Origin: Candidatus Zixiibacteriota bacterium
Lineage (GTDB): Bacteria > Chloroflexota > Anaerolineae > Promineifilales > Promineifilaceae
Reading direction: 5' to 3'
DNA length: 49,810 nt
NCBI GenBank assembly: GCA_035686605.1
Contig: DASRZI010000085.1
Coordinates: 1 to 49,810, forward strand
Shown here: positions 27,783 to 37,729 of the stretch, in pieces
Layout: every line of letters starts with the position of its first letter
Numbering within the stretch: the stretch's first letter is position 1
Position numbers and translations under genes: made by a program
The notes under the pieces: generated by a model
What the model saw: only the letters and a program-made list of their open reading frames with translations
Databases searched by the model: none
What the model was told of the DNA's origin: nothing

Positions 27783-28670
27783 CTACACGGCCCCTATGCA
27801 CCCCATCAGTCTCATTACCCGTGCAGTATCCTCCCTGAAGAAGTCAATCGCCCGAGAGATAATATCGTGATATACGATCCCTTCTTGAACAGGATTTACC
27901 AGCAGCCTCCGGATATCGTCGGTCGCTCGCCTGCCCATGACACTATAGTAATTAATTTTACTGATGCCGCTCTTGATAATCCTTTGGTATTCGGTATCCG
28001 CCAAGCCTGAGGCGCCATGCATCACTAGCGGTACTTTTACCAGGCTATATATCTCCCGTACCCGATCCAGATCAATATTGGGTTCACCCACATACAGACC
28101 GTGTACGTTCCCAAAGGATATGGCTAAAGCATCAATCCCGGTTCTTTCCACAAAATCCAAGGCCAGCTCCGGATCGGTGAACATATTATCACGAGAGTCG
28201 TTGTCAGAACTCTCCATGGGCATGGCGACATCCCCAGTTTCTATCGAAGAACCCGCGATGCGGCCTAGTTCCGCTTCGACATCGACACCCACCGCGTGGG
28301 CAACCCTCACTACTTCCTTTGTCTGTCTGACATTCTCCTCATAGGACAGAGTTGAACCGTCAAACATAACTGAGGAAGAACCAAGGAGAATGGCCCTGAC
28401 TACAGCTTCGAGGCTCTTACCATGATCCAAGATGGTAGCTACGGGCACCTTTGCCCGCCTGGCTGCATTCACCAGTAGCGGCATGCCCAGTTCCATAGGA
28501 ACCTTGGGTGTTACCTCCTGGGTGAAAGTCATGATTAACGGCGCACGAAGCTGCTCAGCGGCCGAGATCTGGCCGACTACCATTTCTAGATTGCCGCCGA
28601 GTAGGCTCGGTACGCCGTATTGCTTGGCTCTCGCTTCCGTTAGTAATTCCTTGACGCCGACTAGAGGCAT
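27783..28670 (-). CDS. Class II fructose/tagatose-bisphosphate aldolase-family protein (aldolase or related epimerase)
   Basis: Motifs in FBA_II order: ILDHGKS, VMFDGS, EAELG, GNVHG, LVMHGASG. Confidence 0.88.
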   Translation of the reverse strand: MPLVGVKELLTEARAKQYGVPSLLGGNLEMVVGQISAAEQLRAPLIMTFTQEVTPKVPMELGMPLLVNAARRAKVPVATILDHGKSLEAVVRAILLGSSSVMFDGSTLSYEENVRQTKEVVRVAHAVGVDVEAELGRIAGSSIETGDVAMPMESSDNDSRDNMFTDPELALDFVERTGIDALAISFGNVHGLYVGEPNIDLDRVREIYSLVKVPLVMHGASGLADTEYQRIIKSGISKINYYSVMGRRATDDIRRLLVNPVQEGIVYHDIISRAIDFFREDTARVMRLMGCIGAV

Positions 28671-28682
28671 GCTCAGTTCTCC

Positions 28683-29582
28683 CTAGATCTGCAATGCAAA
28701 GCCGTTCGGAAACTCTGGGCTGAGCTGGTAGTCCACGATGCGTTCCACGAGCTTCAAGTAATCAATCCCATCCCTGGCAGCTGTGTCTGAATCGGGGACC
28801 ATTGGCGCACTTTCGATAGTGCAGTAACCATCGTAGCCACTCTTCTTCACCGCCCGGAAAACTGATTTAAAATCGACCGTCCCATATCCCGGAGTCAAAG
28901 AATTTGAGTCCCGGAAGTGCATATGCCATAGTAGGGGAAATGCATCCATCACTGCCTCGTAGGGATTCAGTTCCTCAAAATTGGCGTGAAACCAATCCAG
29001 TTGTATTCCGATATTGTCCCTTCCGGTCAGCTCAATCATTCGCTTGTGGTTCAATGATGTATTAACAAATTTGCCCATCTCCAGGTGATTTGTCGCTTCA
29101 AAGACCAACCGTACGTCCTTTTCTTGGGCATAATTTGACATTCGCTGTAGAGCATCAACAGCTATCATTGTGCAATCTGAAACATTGTTAACTGTAACGT
29201 CGTCGTGAATGGCCACTGCTACCGTCACAAAGGGTGCCCCCAGTTCTGCGGCAAAATCTATCGAGGACCTGGTTTCCGAAACAGCCAGGTCCGCTGTTTT
29301 TGGCTCGGTTAAGGTCTTGTAAGTTGGCGAAAAAGGATCCCACTCCTCTCCCCAGCACTCGTTAATGCACGAGACATCTAAGCCAAAGTCGGCTTTAAGG
29401 GCTTTGTGGGTTTCGAGATAATCTTCCATCTTGACGCCCAGTCCGTAACGCCCCTTAGGTGGAGTGATCTCTATGGCATCGTACCCGAACTTCTTCAGTC
29501 GCTCATAGGTTATTACTGGATTCAAATAGGCTTCTTCTTGGCCAAAGGTTAGCTGGAAATAACTGTATTTCAGTTGGTTCAC
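28683..29582 (-). CDS. Sugar phosphate isomerase/epimerase (xylose isomerase-like TIM barrel)
   Basis: Size and pattern (YDAIEI...; FEATNH; WHMHFRDSN; YCTIE) are typical of the AP_endonuc_2/TIM-barrel family. Confidence 0.8.
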   Translation of the reverse strand: MNQLKYSYFQLTFGQEEAYLNPVITYERLKKFGYDAIEITPPKGRYGLGVKMEDYLETHKALKADFGLDVSCINECWGEEWDPFSPTYKTLTEPKTADLAVSETRSSIDFAAELGAPFVTVAVAIHDDVTVNNVSDCTMIAVDALQRMSNYAQEKDVRLVFEATNHLEMGKFVNTSLNHKRMIELTGRDNIGIQLDWFHANFEELNPYEAVMDAFPLLWHMHFRDSNSLTPGYGTVDFKSVFRAVKKSGYDGYCTIESAPMVPDSDTAARDGIDYLKLVERIVDYQLSPEFPNGFALQI

Positions 29583-29638
29583 TGTTACCCTCCTAATAGT
29601 CTTCTTTGTGTAATCTTCTTCCGAGGATCCTTGCCTTT

Positions 29639-30658
29639 CTACTCACTCCATCCGCGTCCGTTAGGGTGGATGAAGGCTTTGACATCCTGCTTCGCCCGCA
29701 AGTTGGCAAAGGCTGTTTCCCACTCTGCCAGTTCATAGTGATTTGTAATCATGGGCTCAAGATCAAAGAGGTCCCGATCCAACAAATCGACGGCATGTTC
29801 CCAGGTTTCCCTGCCGTTCCAACTCCAGCTTCCGCGGATGTCGATTTGTCCGAGGCTGACTTGATCGAGATTGATCGTGATTTCGCGACCCCATAAGCTG
29901 ATAAAGACGATGACACCCTTGCCGCCAGGACCTTCGTAAGCCTTGCGAGCACAGTCAATGGCATGTTGAACACCGCCCTGACTGGCCGAGCACTCTAGCA
30001 CAAATTCAGCTCCCTTACCGCCAGTGACCTCCATTACTGTCTTTTCCGGATGGTCTTCCGAGTAGAGCGTATAATCTGCTCCACACTGGCGACCGATGTC
30101 AAGCCGTTTCTCGTCACTCTTAAGGCCGATAAGGAATACACAGCGAGCCCCGCAGATTTTGGCATACTGAACCCCGACAATGCCCATCGGCCCAGGTCCA
30201 ACGACGACAACATCATCGCCAACGTTGACTTGAGCTCTTTCCTGTATAAGGTGGTGCGTTGCGACTATGGGTTCGGCCAAACAAGCATTATCTAAGGAAA
30301 CATGATTAGGCACACGATATATCACCTGTTCAGGTACACGCATATACGGCGCACAAGCGCCGTCAATCGTGACACCCAACCATCGTCCTTCTCCACACTC
30401 GATATCGGCGACGAACTTGTCCCCCTCCTTAACTCTGGTCACTTCCTTCCCAACTTTGAATGCCACCCCAGAGAATTCATGGCCCAAGGTGACCGGAGCA
30501 TCGTAAAAGTGCCGGTCTTCCTGGATCAGCAGGTCACTACCGCAGATTCCGGCAGCCCAGACCTTCATTAGTACCTCGCTTGGACCTATCTCTGGGATCG
30601 GAACTTCACACAATTCAAGGTGTCCAATCCCCTCTTTAATCTTGCGTAATGCCTGCAT
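29639..30658 (-). CDS. Zinc-dependent medium-chain alcohol/polyol dehydrogenase (second copy)
   Basis: ICGSDL, GHEFSGV, VVVGPGPMG. I chose the ATG at 30658 (MQALRK), preceded by GGAGATAAGG; the tracked ORF opens at a TTG at 30685. Confidence 0.9.
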   Translation of the reverse strand: MQALRKIKEGIGHLELCEVPIPEIGPSEVLMKVWAAGICGSDLLIQEDRHFYDAPVTLGHEFSGVAFKVGKEVTRVKEGDKFVADIECGEGRWLGVTIDGACAPYMRVPEQVIYRVPNHVSLDNACLAEPIVATHHLIQERAQVNVGDDVVVVGPGPMGIVGVQYAKICGARCVFLIGLKSDEKRLDIGRQCGADYTLYSEDHPEKTVMEVTGGKGAEFVLECSASQGGVQHAIDCARKAYEGPGGKGVIVFISLWGREITINLDQVSLGQIDIRGSWSWNGRETWEHAVDLLDRDLFDLEPMITNHYELAEWETAFANLRAKQDVKAFIHPNGRGWSE

Positions 30659-30717
30659 CCTTATCTCCAAAGCTGGAAAAATCAACGATCAACGGATAAT
30701 TCAGGAGTTAATAATCG

Positions 30718-32229
30718 TTACATACGGTGATGAATACTCTTCAATGCCGGATAGACCTCACGATAGAGGTCAAAGCGTTCATCATAGAGAGCCTTGCGCT
30801 TCAGATCTGGATCAAACCGGCGACCAAATAGAAGCTTTTTTTCGGCCGCTTCGGCTGCACTGGAAAAATGCCCGGCAGCCGCACCCGCAAGGAGGGCAGC
30901 CCCACGACTTGCTGCCTCGGTTATAGCCGGCACAACCACAGGTACTCCGCAGATATCAGCCTTCAATTGCAGCCACAAATTGGAACGCGCTCCCCCGCCG
31001 ATCGCCCGTAATTCGTCGATTTCAATGCCTCCATCCTTCAATAGGTCCAGGTTGAGCCTAAGTTCAAAGGTCAAACCCTCCAGGATAGCCTTGGCCAACT
31101 CACTCTTTTCTGTACTGAAGGTCAGGCCAAGAATGGCCCCCTTAGAGCCCGTGTCGAAGGCAGGTGTGCCGCTTCCTGCAAAATCAGGCAAGAGCAAGAG
31201 GGAGGTTGGGTCCGGTGAGGCGTCTCGCAGCAGAAGATCATATGCATCGGAGTCGCCGGCCTGGGCTTCTTGCATCTCTTCCTGGCCGAACGTATCCCGG
31301 AACCAGCGTAATACCAGCCCTCCGCTGTGATTGAGTGCCATGGCCAGGTACAAGTCAGGAATGACGTGGGCATAAACTGAGATATCACCCTGATAAAGTG
31401 TCTCATTGAGCACAGGGGCATCAAGACCTACCTCAACGACTTCGGCCGTGCCGGTAGAGTCCATAGCTAATCCAGCTCGGACAAGCCCAACACCCAGCGC
31501 GCCACATGCCTGATCGTGGCCGCCCGTTACAACCAGGGGTGTGTTGGTGAGTCCCAAGCTCTTAGCCAAATCAGATTTCATCGAGTCTACAGCCGTGCCC
31601 GATGGCTTGACTGTCGCAAGTCGATTCGGCTCTAATTCAAGCGCCTCCAGAATCTCTGGAGACCAACGATCATCTAGTAGATCAAAGATCTGAGTGCGCG
31701 AGGCCAGGCAGCGGCTTATCACGGCCTGTCCGGCCATTTTATTGATTAGGAAATCCTCGAAGAGTAGGAACCGGTCGGCACAAGCCCACACCTCTTGTTC
31801 ATACTGCTTGAGCCAAAGAAGCTTAGGTAATGTGTTGACTGTGTGGATGGGCATGCCTGTTCGTTTGAAGAGGTGTCTTGCGCCGAAGCGCTGTCTAAGC
31901 CATGCATTCTGCTCGCTGGTCCGCGAATCCATTCCCAGTATGGCCGGGCGAATAGCCCGTCCTTTTTCATCCACCGGCATCACTGCCTCACCTTGGACTG
32001 ACAGCCCAACTGATGCCAACGTGCGAATACTCGCTTTGGAAATCGCCTCCCGAAGCGCCCCCTGGACTAATCTCCAGAGAAGCTCTGCATCTTGCTCCAC
32101 CCAGTTTGGTTGTGGAATATCCACCGCGTACTCGCGACCAGCCGTACTTATAAGGAAACCGCTCTCGTCAAATATCGCGGCTTTACAACCGGTCGTGCCA
32201 ACGTCCAAGCCAGCTAGATACATCGACAT
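30718..32229 (-). CDS. FGGY-family carbohydrate kinase (xylulokinase-like)
   Basis: N-terminal LAGLDVGTTGCKAAIFD, the C-terminal FGGY pattern (GGGARS.LW.Q..AD) and a length of about 500 aa. Confidence 0.9.
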   Translation of the reverse strand: MSMYLAGLDVGTTGCKAAIFDESGFLISTAGREYAVDIPQPNWVEQDAELLWRLVQGALREAISKASIRTLASVGLSVQGEAVMPVDEKGRAIRPAILGMDSRTSEQNAWLRQRFGARHLFKRTGMPIHTVNTLPKLLWLKQYEQEVWACADRFLLFEDFLINKMAGQAVISRCLASRTQIFDLLDDRWSPEILEALELEPNRLATVKPSGTAVDSMKSDLAKSLGLTNTPLVVTGGHDQACGALGVGLVRAGLAMDSTGTAEVVEVGLDAPVLNETLYQGDISVYAHVIPDLYLAMALNHSGGLVLRWFRDTFGQEEMQEAQAGDSDAYDLLLRDASPDPTSLLLLPDFAGSGTPAFDTGSKGAILGLTFSTEKSELAKAILEGLTFELRLNLDLLKDGGIEIDELRAIGGGARSNLWLQLKADICGVPVVVPAITEAASRGAALLAGAAAGHFSSAAEAAEKKLLFGRRFDPDLKRKALYDERFDLYREVYPALKSIHHRM

Positions 32230-32234
32230 AGCTC

Positions 32235-33887
32235 CTAGAGTTGTTTCCTTTTAGGAGTCTTGGGAAGTGGGGCTTTTTCGACCTGAGCTTGATGCACCAA
32301 TGCATCGATTGTTAGAGCCATGGCTGCTGTACTGACCGCCCCGAACATGGCCCCTTTCAACACGGTAGCGGCGTCATAAATTTGGGCTTGCGCCATGTCA
32401 ACGACTTGTTGTTTTTTAACATCGAACCCGTGTCCTGCGCCGGCGAGTCGGACTTCGGCCATTATCTCACTGGCGTCAAACCCGGCATTGTCGACAATAG
32501 TTCGAAATGGGGCTTCCATAGCTTCTATCAGGATCTGATAGGCAGCGTGCTGTTCAGAATCGGTGCTATTATCCCGCTTCCGCAGGAGTGCTGGCCTTGA
32601 GTCAAGGAATGCCACGCCGCCCCCCGCGAGCACGCCATCCATCATAGCTCCTCGCAGTGTCACGGCCGTTCGTTTTGCCAGCTCAACGCGTGACTCAATC
32701 TCTCTCTCGGTTATTCCCCCCACATGAAGAGTTGCGGAGCCTCCCAATAATTTGCCAATGCGTTTCTGAATTTTCGTCCGATTGGTATTCGTTTCAGCAC
32801 TGGTATAGACCTGGCGCAATGTAGCAACATGTCTACGCAAATCCCGAGGATTGCCTTTGCCGCCCGAAATCCCAAAGTTGTCATAGTTAGCCCATATGCG
32901 GCGAGCGCGACCAAAGTCCTCGATTTTAATCTTATCCAACGTGTCGCCGGCCGCAGAGATGAAAGGCCGACCACCGGTTAAGATGGCCAGATCTTCAAGG
33001 GCTGCCATTTGTTCTTCTCTGACAAGACCAGGTGTTTTTACCGCGATGGCCTGGAATTTCTCTGGCTTACGATTGGACAGCAAAAATCCGATGGCATCTC
33101 CTGATAGTTGTTTGGTCACAATCAGAAGCCCCTGGATCTCTGCTCTGAGGGCTAATTCGAGGGCTGGATATATTTGACGCGCGTCGTTGATCTCAATATC
33201 GCTGATCAGAATAGCGGCATCTTCAAATTCTACCCGAGGCTTACTGTGATCGGCATACATCTCCCGGACAAGGAGACCACGCTCCCAGTACATGCCTTCC
33301 ACATATTCACGTTCAACATTTCTATTCTGTCCGGGCCGGATCTCCAGGCGGCCGTATTCGCCAATGATCTCAAACACCTCACCCATGTAGCCGGCAAGCG
33401 TGGGATCAAAGCAAAGTGTTTCGGCAGCCTGGGCGAGCTGTTTTTTGCCCGCAATCCGCCACGTCATACTGTTTAACTGCTGGAGAATTAGTCTTGCACC
33501 TTCAAGGAGCTGGACCTGCAGTCGCATGGCATTGCCACCAGCAGTAAGGAAACGGACGCCTTCATTGAAGACTTTTTGAAAGATGACAGCCGCTGTCGCA
33601 GTACCATCTCCAATCTGTTCTTGTAGCCGCCAGAGCAGGTCGCGAACCAACATGGCTCCCATGTCAGCATCTTTATCCTGCAATTGAATAATATATCGAG
33701 CAATGGTCCCGCCATTGTCAATAAATTCAGGGGCTTCGCTATAGTAATCGGTATTGTCAATAGCCACGCCTCTTGGTTGTGGCCCCAGTGTAGGGCGAAC
33801 CGCATTAACCACCTGGTTCATGCCAGCTTGTATGCTTTGGCGGGTTCGGGGTTGGAAGACAACACGCTGGGTTTTGGATTTTGGCAT
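32235..33887 (-). CDS. Divergent Cpn60/GroEL-family chaperonin-like protein (no GroES partner, no GGM tail)
   Basis: Collinear with GroEL: TLGPQPRGV, GDGTATAAV (GroEL DGTTT), VEGMYWERG (VEGMQFDRG), KTPGLVREEQMAALEDLAILTGG, LGGSATLHVGG, LAGGGVAF. ATG at 33887 (MPKSK) lies 4 nt after the upstream stop. Confidence 0.88.
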   Translation of the reverse strand: MPKSKTQRVVFQPRTRQSIQAGMNQVVNAVRPTLGPQPRGVAIDNTDYYSEAPEFIDNGGTIARYIIQLQDKDADMGAMLVRDLLWRLQEQIGDGTATAAVIFQKVFNEGVRFLTAGGNAMRLQVQLLEGARLILQQLNSMTWRIAGKKQLAQAAETLCFDPTLAGYMGEVFEIIGEYGRLEIRPGQNRNVEREYVEGMYWERGLLVREMYADHSKPRVEFEDAAILISDIEINDARQIYPALELALRAEIQGLLIVTKQLSGDAIGFLLSNRKPEKFQAIAVKTPGLVREEQMAALEDLAILTGGRPFISAAGDTLDKIKIEDFGRARRIWANYDNFGISGGKGNPRDLRRHVATLRQVYTSAETNTNRTKIQKRIGKLLGGSATLHVGGITEREIESRVELAKRTAVTLRGAMMDGVLAGGGVAFLDSRPALLRKRDNSTDSEQHAAYQILIEAMEAPFRTIVDNAGFDASEIMAEVRLAGAGHGFDVKKQQVVDMAQAQIYDAATVLKGAMFGAVSTAAMALTIDALVHQAQVEKAPLPKTPKRKQL

Positions 33888-33891
33888 AAAA

Positions 33892-35013
33892 TTATCCCTT
33901 GACCGCCCCCGACATTGCTCCTTCAACGAATAGCCGCCTGAACACCAGATACACCAAGACCAGGGGAATAACCGAGGCTAAGACCGCCGAATAAATAACC
34001 TGGTAATTGGTTGAAAATTGGCCTGCAGTACTTTGAATAAACGGGAGTAGCGTCGTATTGCCGGGATCCAGATATACATATGCCTCCAGAAACTGGTTGT
34101 ATAGCAGGGGCAACATAATGACGATCAGGCTAACGATGGGTACCTTAAGGAGCGGAATGAGAATGTATTGCATGTACTGCCAGCTTGTGGCTCCATCGAT
34201 CATAGCTGAATCTTCGATCTCTTTTGGTATAGCGCCTATTGCCGCGGTAAAGATCATAACTGACAACGCGGTGCCCTTGATGTTAATCATTATTAAAGAA
34301 GAAAGTTGCATCGCAGTACGTACGGTACCATCCTCCTGATATGCTGGGAATAGATTGTAGAACCACTGGAACATCAGGTATTGAGGCAAAAGGATTAGCA
34401 TGATCGGAATGACCATTTGGAGCAAATAAATATTGTATACGGCCATCTGGTACTTGCGTTGAAGACCTTTTAGACCATAGCCTGTCATTATTGAAAGCAG
34501 TATCAACAAGGTTAGACTGATGATGGTAACAATTAGGGTCTTAACAAGAGCACCCCAGAAAGTGGTGCTTTGCAGTGTTCCTGTCAATATGGTGTTCCAA
34601 CCGTTGTTGGTGTAGAAGCCGTCAAAAAACTTGGTGATCTCTTCCTCAGGGATGTTGTGCTCCTCGGCAACCTCGCGTAGTGTTGTTCGGGCCATGAGAA
34701 ATTCGGTTGGGGGAATACCTAAAGCTTCTCTCAGATCTGCTAAATCAAGATCATAAAAGACAGCCAGGTTGCCAACCTCTGCATCGAGATTGACATCCTC
34801 TGTCTCGGGGATCCAGAGATGCAGGTCGGTAGATTCTTTGGTAGGCACAAAACTACGAATGAAAAGCGCATAGAATGGAAATAGCGTGACAAGGCTATAA
34901 ATAGCCATGATAGTGATGGCCAGGATTTTGACCATCCGCTTCCGCCGACTCAGAGAGAAGATCGGCGGCTTTTGAGGTCTGGCTGTTGCTGAAGTCGATG
35001 TCATATTCTTCAT
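33892..35013 (-). CDS. Carbohydrate ABC transporter permease (MalG-like) with an enlarged extracytoplasmic loop
   Basis: Multiple TM segments and the EAA-type motif EDSAMIDGATSWQYMQYILIPLL. Confidence 0.9.
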   Translation of the reverse strand: MKNMTSTSATARPQKPPIFSLSRRKRMVKILAITIMAIYSLVTLFPFYALFIRSFVPTKESTDLHLWIPETEDVNLDAEVGNLAVFYDLDLADLREALGIPPTEFLMARTTLREVAEEHNIPEEEITKFFDGFYTNNGWNTILTGTLQSTTFWGALVKTLIVTIISLTLLILLSIMTGYGLKGLQRKYQMAVYNIYLLQMVIPIMLILLPQYLMFQWFYNLFPAYQEDGTVRTAMQLSSLIMINIKGTALSVMIFTAAIGAIPKEIEDSAMIDGATSWQYMQYILIPLLKVPIVSLIVIMLPLLYNQFLEAYVYLDPGNTTLLPFIQSTAGQFSTNYQVIYSAVLASVIPLVLVYLVFRRLFVEGAMSGAVKG

Positions 35014-35023
35014 TCCCCCTTAC

Positions 35024-35974
35024 CTACACCTGTACGCGCCTTTGTAATCGCTGTAAGGCAATGCCTAAAATAACGAGGGGTAGAAAAGTCTCGACGGCAA
35101 GCGTCATTCCCATGGATAATCGCTCGACCTGGAAGCCATAGGTAAAGAACAGGATACTTAGCAATTTGGCTTCTGGATTTACGTAAAGAGCGCCCATAGC
35201 CACCAATTCATCAAAAACGGCAAAGGCGCCAATGAGGGCCATCGTCGTGGCTAGGATGAACGAAGGCCACATCTGAGGAAAGTAGACTCGCCATAACCTT
35301 TGCCAATAGGAGGCCCCGTCGACTATTGCCGCTTCGATCGTCTCTTTGGGGATGGCAAGCAGGCCTGCCAGAAAGATGGCCATGTTGAAGCCGGCATACC
35401 GCCAGCCAACCATGGCAGGCAGGATGAAAGCCGTCCCCCTTGGAGAATAGATATCGATTCCCTTCTCAATCAATCCTAACTCCATTAAGAGTAAGTTGAC
35501 AGTGCCGCTTTCACGAGAAAAGAGCATCACTGCCAGGTAACCTACGGCTAATCCCGAAACCATTAATGGTAAATAAACCACGGTAAAAAAGCCACCGTTG
35601 AAACCTACCTCGTACATCAACAGCGCCAAAGAAAGTCCGAATATGAATACAGTCGTATAATTTAATAAAACAAAAACAATCGTGCGGCGCAAAGCAGGAA
35701 AATAGTCGGCTTGAACGCTAGGATCATCAAAGATCGCTGTAAAATTCTTTAGACCAACCGGGTTGATTTGCGGATCGTTGAACTGGGACATGTCGGTGAA
35801 CAGGTAAGGGATAGCGACAAGGAACGGGATAATTGTTAGCAAGGTGAAAAGGATAAGTTGGGGCGAGATGAAGGCCATGTCACGCATCATCTCCCGGCGC
35901 TCCATTTTCGACATTTTTTTCTTTTTCTTACCTGATTTGCCGGTCGATGTTCCTGACGTGGCTTCAACTTGCAT
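35024..35974 (-). CDS. Carbohydrate ABC transporter permease (MalF-like)
   Basis: TM-rich, with the EAA motif ETIEAAIVDGASYWQRLWRVYFP. Confidence 0.9.
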   Translation of the reverse strand: MQVEATSGTSTGKSGKKKKKMSKMERREMMRDMAFISPQLILFTLLTIIPFLVAIPYLFTDMSQFNDPQINPVGLKNFTAIFDDPSVQADYFPALRRTIVFVLLNYTTVFIFGLSLALLMYEVGFNGGFFTVVYLPLMVSGLAVGYLAVMLFSRESGTVNLLLMELGLIEKGIDIYSPRGTAFILPAMVGWRYAGFNMAIFLAGLLAIPKETIEAAIVDGASYWQRLWRVYFPQMWPSFILATTMALIGAFAVFDELVAMGALYVNPEAKLLSILFFTYGFQVERLSMGMTLAVETFLPLVILGIALQRLQRRVQV

Positions 35975-35998
35975 GGTCCCTCCAACTTAGAGAATTAA

Positions 35999-36026
35999 GG
36001 GTGGCCCACGCGCAGGTGAGCCACCC
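35999..36026 (-). other. Intercistronic stem-loop between the binding-protein and permease genes
   Basis: gggtggcccac-gcgcag-gtgagccaccc forms a ~10-bp stem with one mismatch, 27 nt downstream of the binding-protein stop. Such hairpins commonly stabilise the binding-protein part of the mRNA. Confidence 0.45.
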
Positions 36027-36052
36027 AAACTCCAATGTTGTATGCTTAGCTA

Positions 36053-37531
36053 TTAAAGTGGCAAACCTTCGTAGCTTGCATCCCAGTTAGCCTGGGCCAT
36101 ATCCAGGGCTTCCTGGATGGTGATTTTATCTTGAAGCACATCGGCGAATACGGCATTATTACCATTAGCAGCCCAATCCCAGACGCCTTTAGCGCCCTTC
36201 TTGAGATATGGACCAGCCTTCACAACGCCAGTGATGCGCTCTTCCCAAACCGTATCTTCCCAAAGGCCACCGGGTTCTTCGATTTCCTTTAGGACATACT
36301 TGAATTGCGGACCTTTGAGATCGAGCGGTTTGTCTAGCTTATAAAGAACCTTGCGGCCTTCTGCCTGGGCGCGCATTTCCACGACCTCGGGGCTGTAGAA
36401 CCAGTTCCAGGCAGTCATGGTCTGTGGCCAATGCGCTGTATCCATATTACCCGCCCTAATAAAGAAGTCCATGTCAACGTTGGGGGAGGCTGCACCTTGA
36501 GTCCAGGTACTGTTACCTTCAGCAGGCGGTGTAAGCGGGATGCCTCGTTGTTCGAATGTGGATCCGGCAGCCAAAGCCTTATCCCACACCCATGGACCAT
36601 GGAGCATCATCACCGACTTGCCAGCGATGTAAGATGCTTCCATGTCGCCTTCCCACTGCCGGGTCCAGAAGCTCTCGGGAATCCACCCTTTGTCGTTGGC
36701 TTCTTTGTAGAACTCATAGGCATAGCGGTAAGGTGAGTCTTCTGCATTGAACTTGGCCAAACCCATAAAAGCGTCTACCTGCCGGTCACGATTACCATCA
36801 GCGAATGCCAGCGGAATTTCGTCCATGAGATTCATGCCAAAGACCCAATTGTGCCAGGCCTGGTTCCAGAAGTAATCTACATCTGGCTCACCGGCAGCCC
36901 ACTTGGTTCCCTCATCTATCCAGGTTTTCATGTCTTCCCAGGTCTTGACGTCGTTAACAGGATCCAATCCCGCCTTCTGCATCAAGTCGTTGTTGTACTG
37001 CCAGGTAAAGACATAACCCTGAAAGATAGACAGGGTGCGGGGACCTGGTAGGCCATACATATCAGGCCAGGCATTCTTAACATCGACTGTGAAGCGATCC
37101 CACCACGGGAATTCAAACGAACTAAGGTCTTCAAACAATTGATAGTTATCTGTACTGGCTAGGATTTGTAACTCTTGGGTATTCTCAAAGGAAGGCAACC
37201 AACCCCCAGCCACCTTGGCTTCGTGGGCTGCTGCCGTATCCTCGTTGATCGAGAACAAATTGACCTTGATGTCCGGATTTTGGGCTTCGAACACATTCCA
37301 AATTTCGCGATATGGGGCTTCGTACTCGGAAAGCGGCGCCATGATGTCCAGTGTCACTGCTTCCGCACTTGCAGGTACTGCGGTAGGTGCTGGCACATCG
37401 GTTGCGGTGGTTCCACTGCTTGCCGGCTCGGTAGGATCTCCTGATGCCCCGCAGGCCACCAGAGTCATACCCGCTGCCGTAGCCGCACTCACACGCAAGA
37501 AATCGCGCCGAGTCATTTTGTTATTTGTCAT
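36053..37531 (-). CDS. ABC transporter extracellular solute-binding lipoprotein with a Tat signal
   Basis: Twin-arginine motif MTRRDFLRVSAATAAGMTLVAC followed by the lipobox LVAC. Family-1-like sugar-binding protein length. AAGGAGGAG SD. Confidence 0.9.
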   Translation of the reverse strand: MTNNKMTRRDFLRVSAATAAGMTLVACGASGDPTEPASSGTTATDVPAPTAVPASAEAVTLDIMAPLSEYEAPYREIWNVFEAQNPDIKVNLFSINEDTAAAHEAKVAGGWLPSFENTQELQILASTDNYQLFEDLSSFEFPWWDRFTVDVKNAWPDMYGLPGPRTLSIFQGYVFTWQYNNDLMQKAGLDPVNDVKTWEDMKTWIDEGTKWAAGEPDVDYFWNQAWHNWVFGMNLMDEIPLAFADGNRDRQVDAFMGLAKFNAEDSPYRYAYEFYKEANDKGWIPESFWTRQWEGDMEASYIAGKSVMMLHGPWVWDKALAAGSTFEQRGIPLTPPAEGNSTWTQGAASPNVDMDFFIRAGNMDTAHWPQTMTAWNWFYSPEVVEMRAQAEGRKVLYKLDKPLDLKGPQFKYVLKEIEEPGGLWEDTVWEERITGVVKAGPYLKKGAKGVWDWAANGNNAVFADVLQDKITIQEALDMAQANWDASYEGLPL

Positions 37532-37696
37532 TTTCTCCTCCTTGTATTAATTGTTCGAGTAAATTCACATTGACCACAAAACTCAATTTCGAGTGTCACC
37601 CCACCTCCTTTCGTATGTAAATCTGATATGAAAGCAATCATTCTCATCTATCTACTCAATCACGCTTCGCTTCCACCGACACGAATTCGAAATAAT

Positions 37697-37727
37697 CTGT
37701 CTCCTGGTTAACAAAACCTGGAGACAG
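37697..37727 (-). terminator. Intrinsic-terminator-like hairpin right after the second FGGY kinase gene
   Basis: ctgtctcctggtt-aacaa-aacctggagacag forms a 13-bp stem with one mismatch. It starts 2 nt after the stop and is followed on the minus strand by attatttcgaatt. Confidence 0.55.
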
Positions 37728-37729
37728 GA

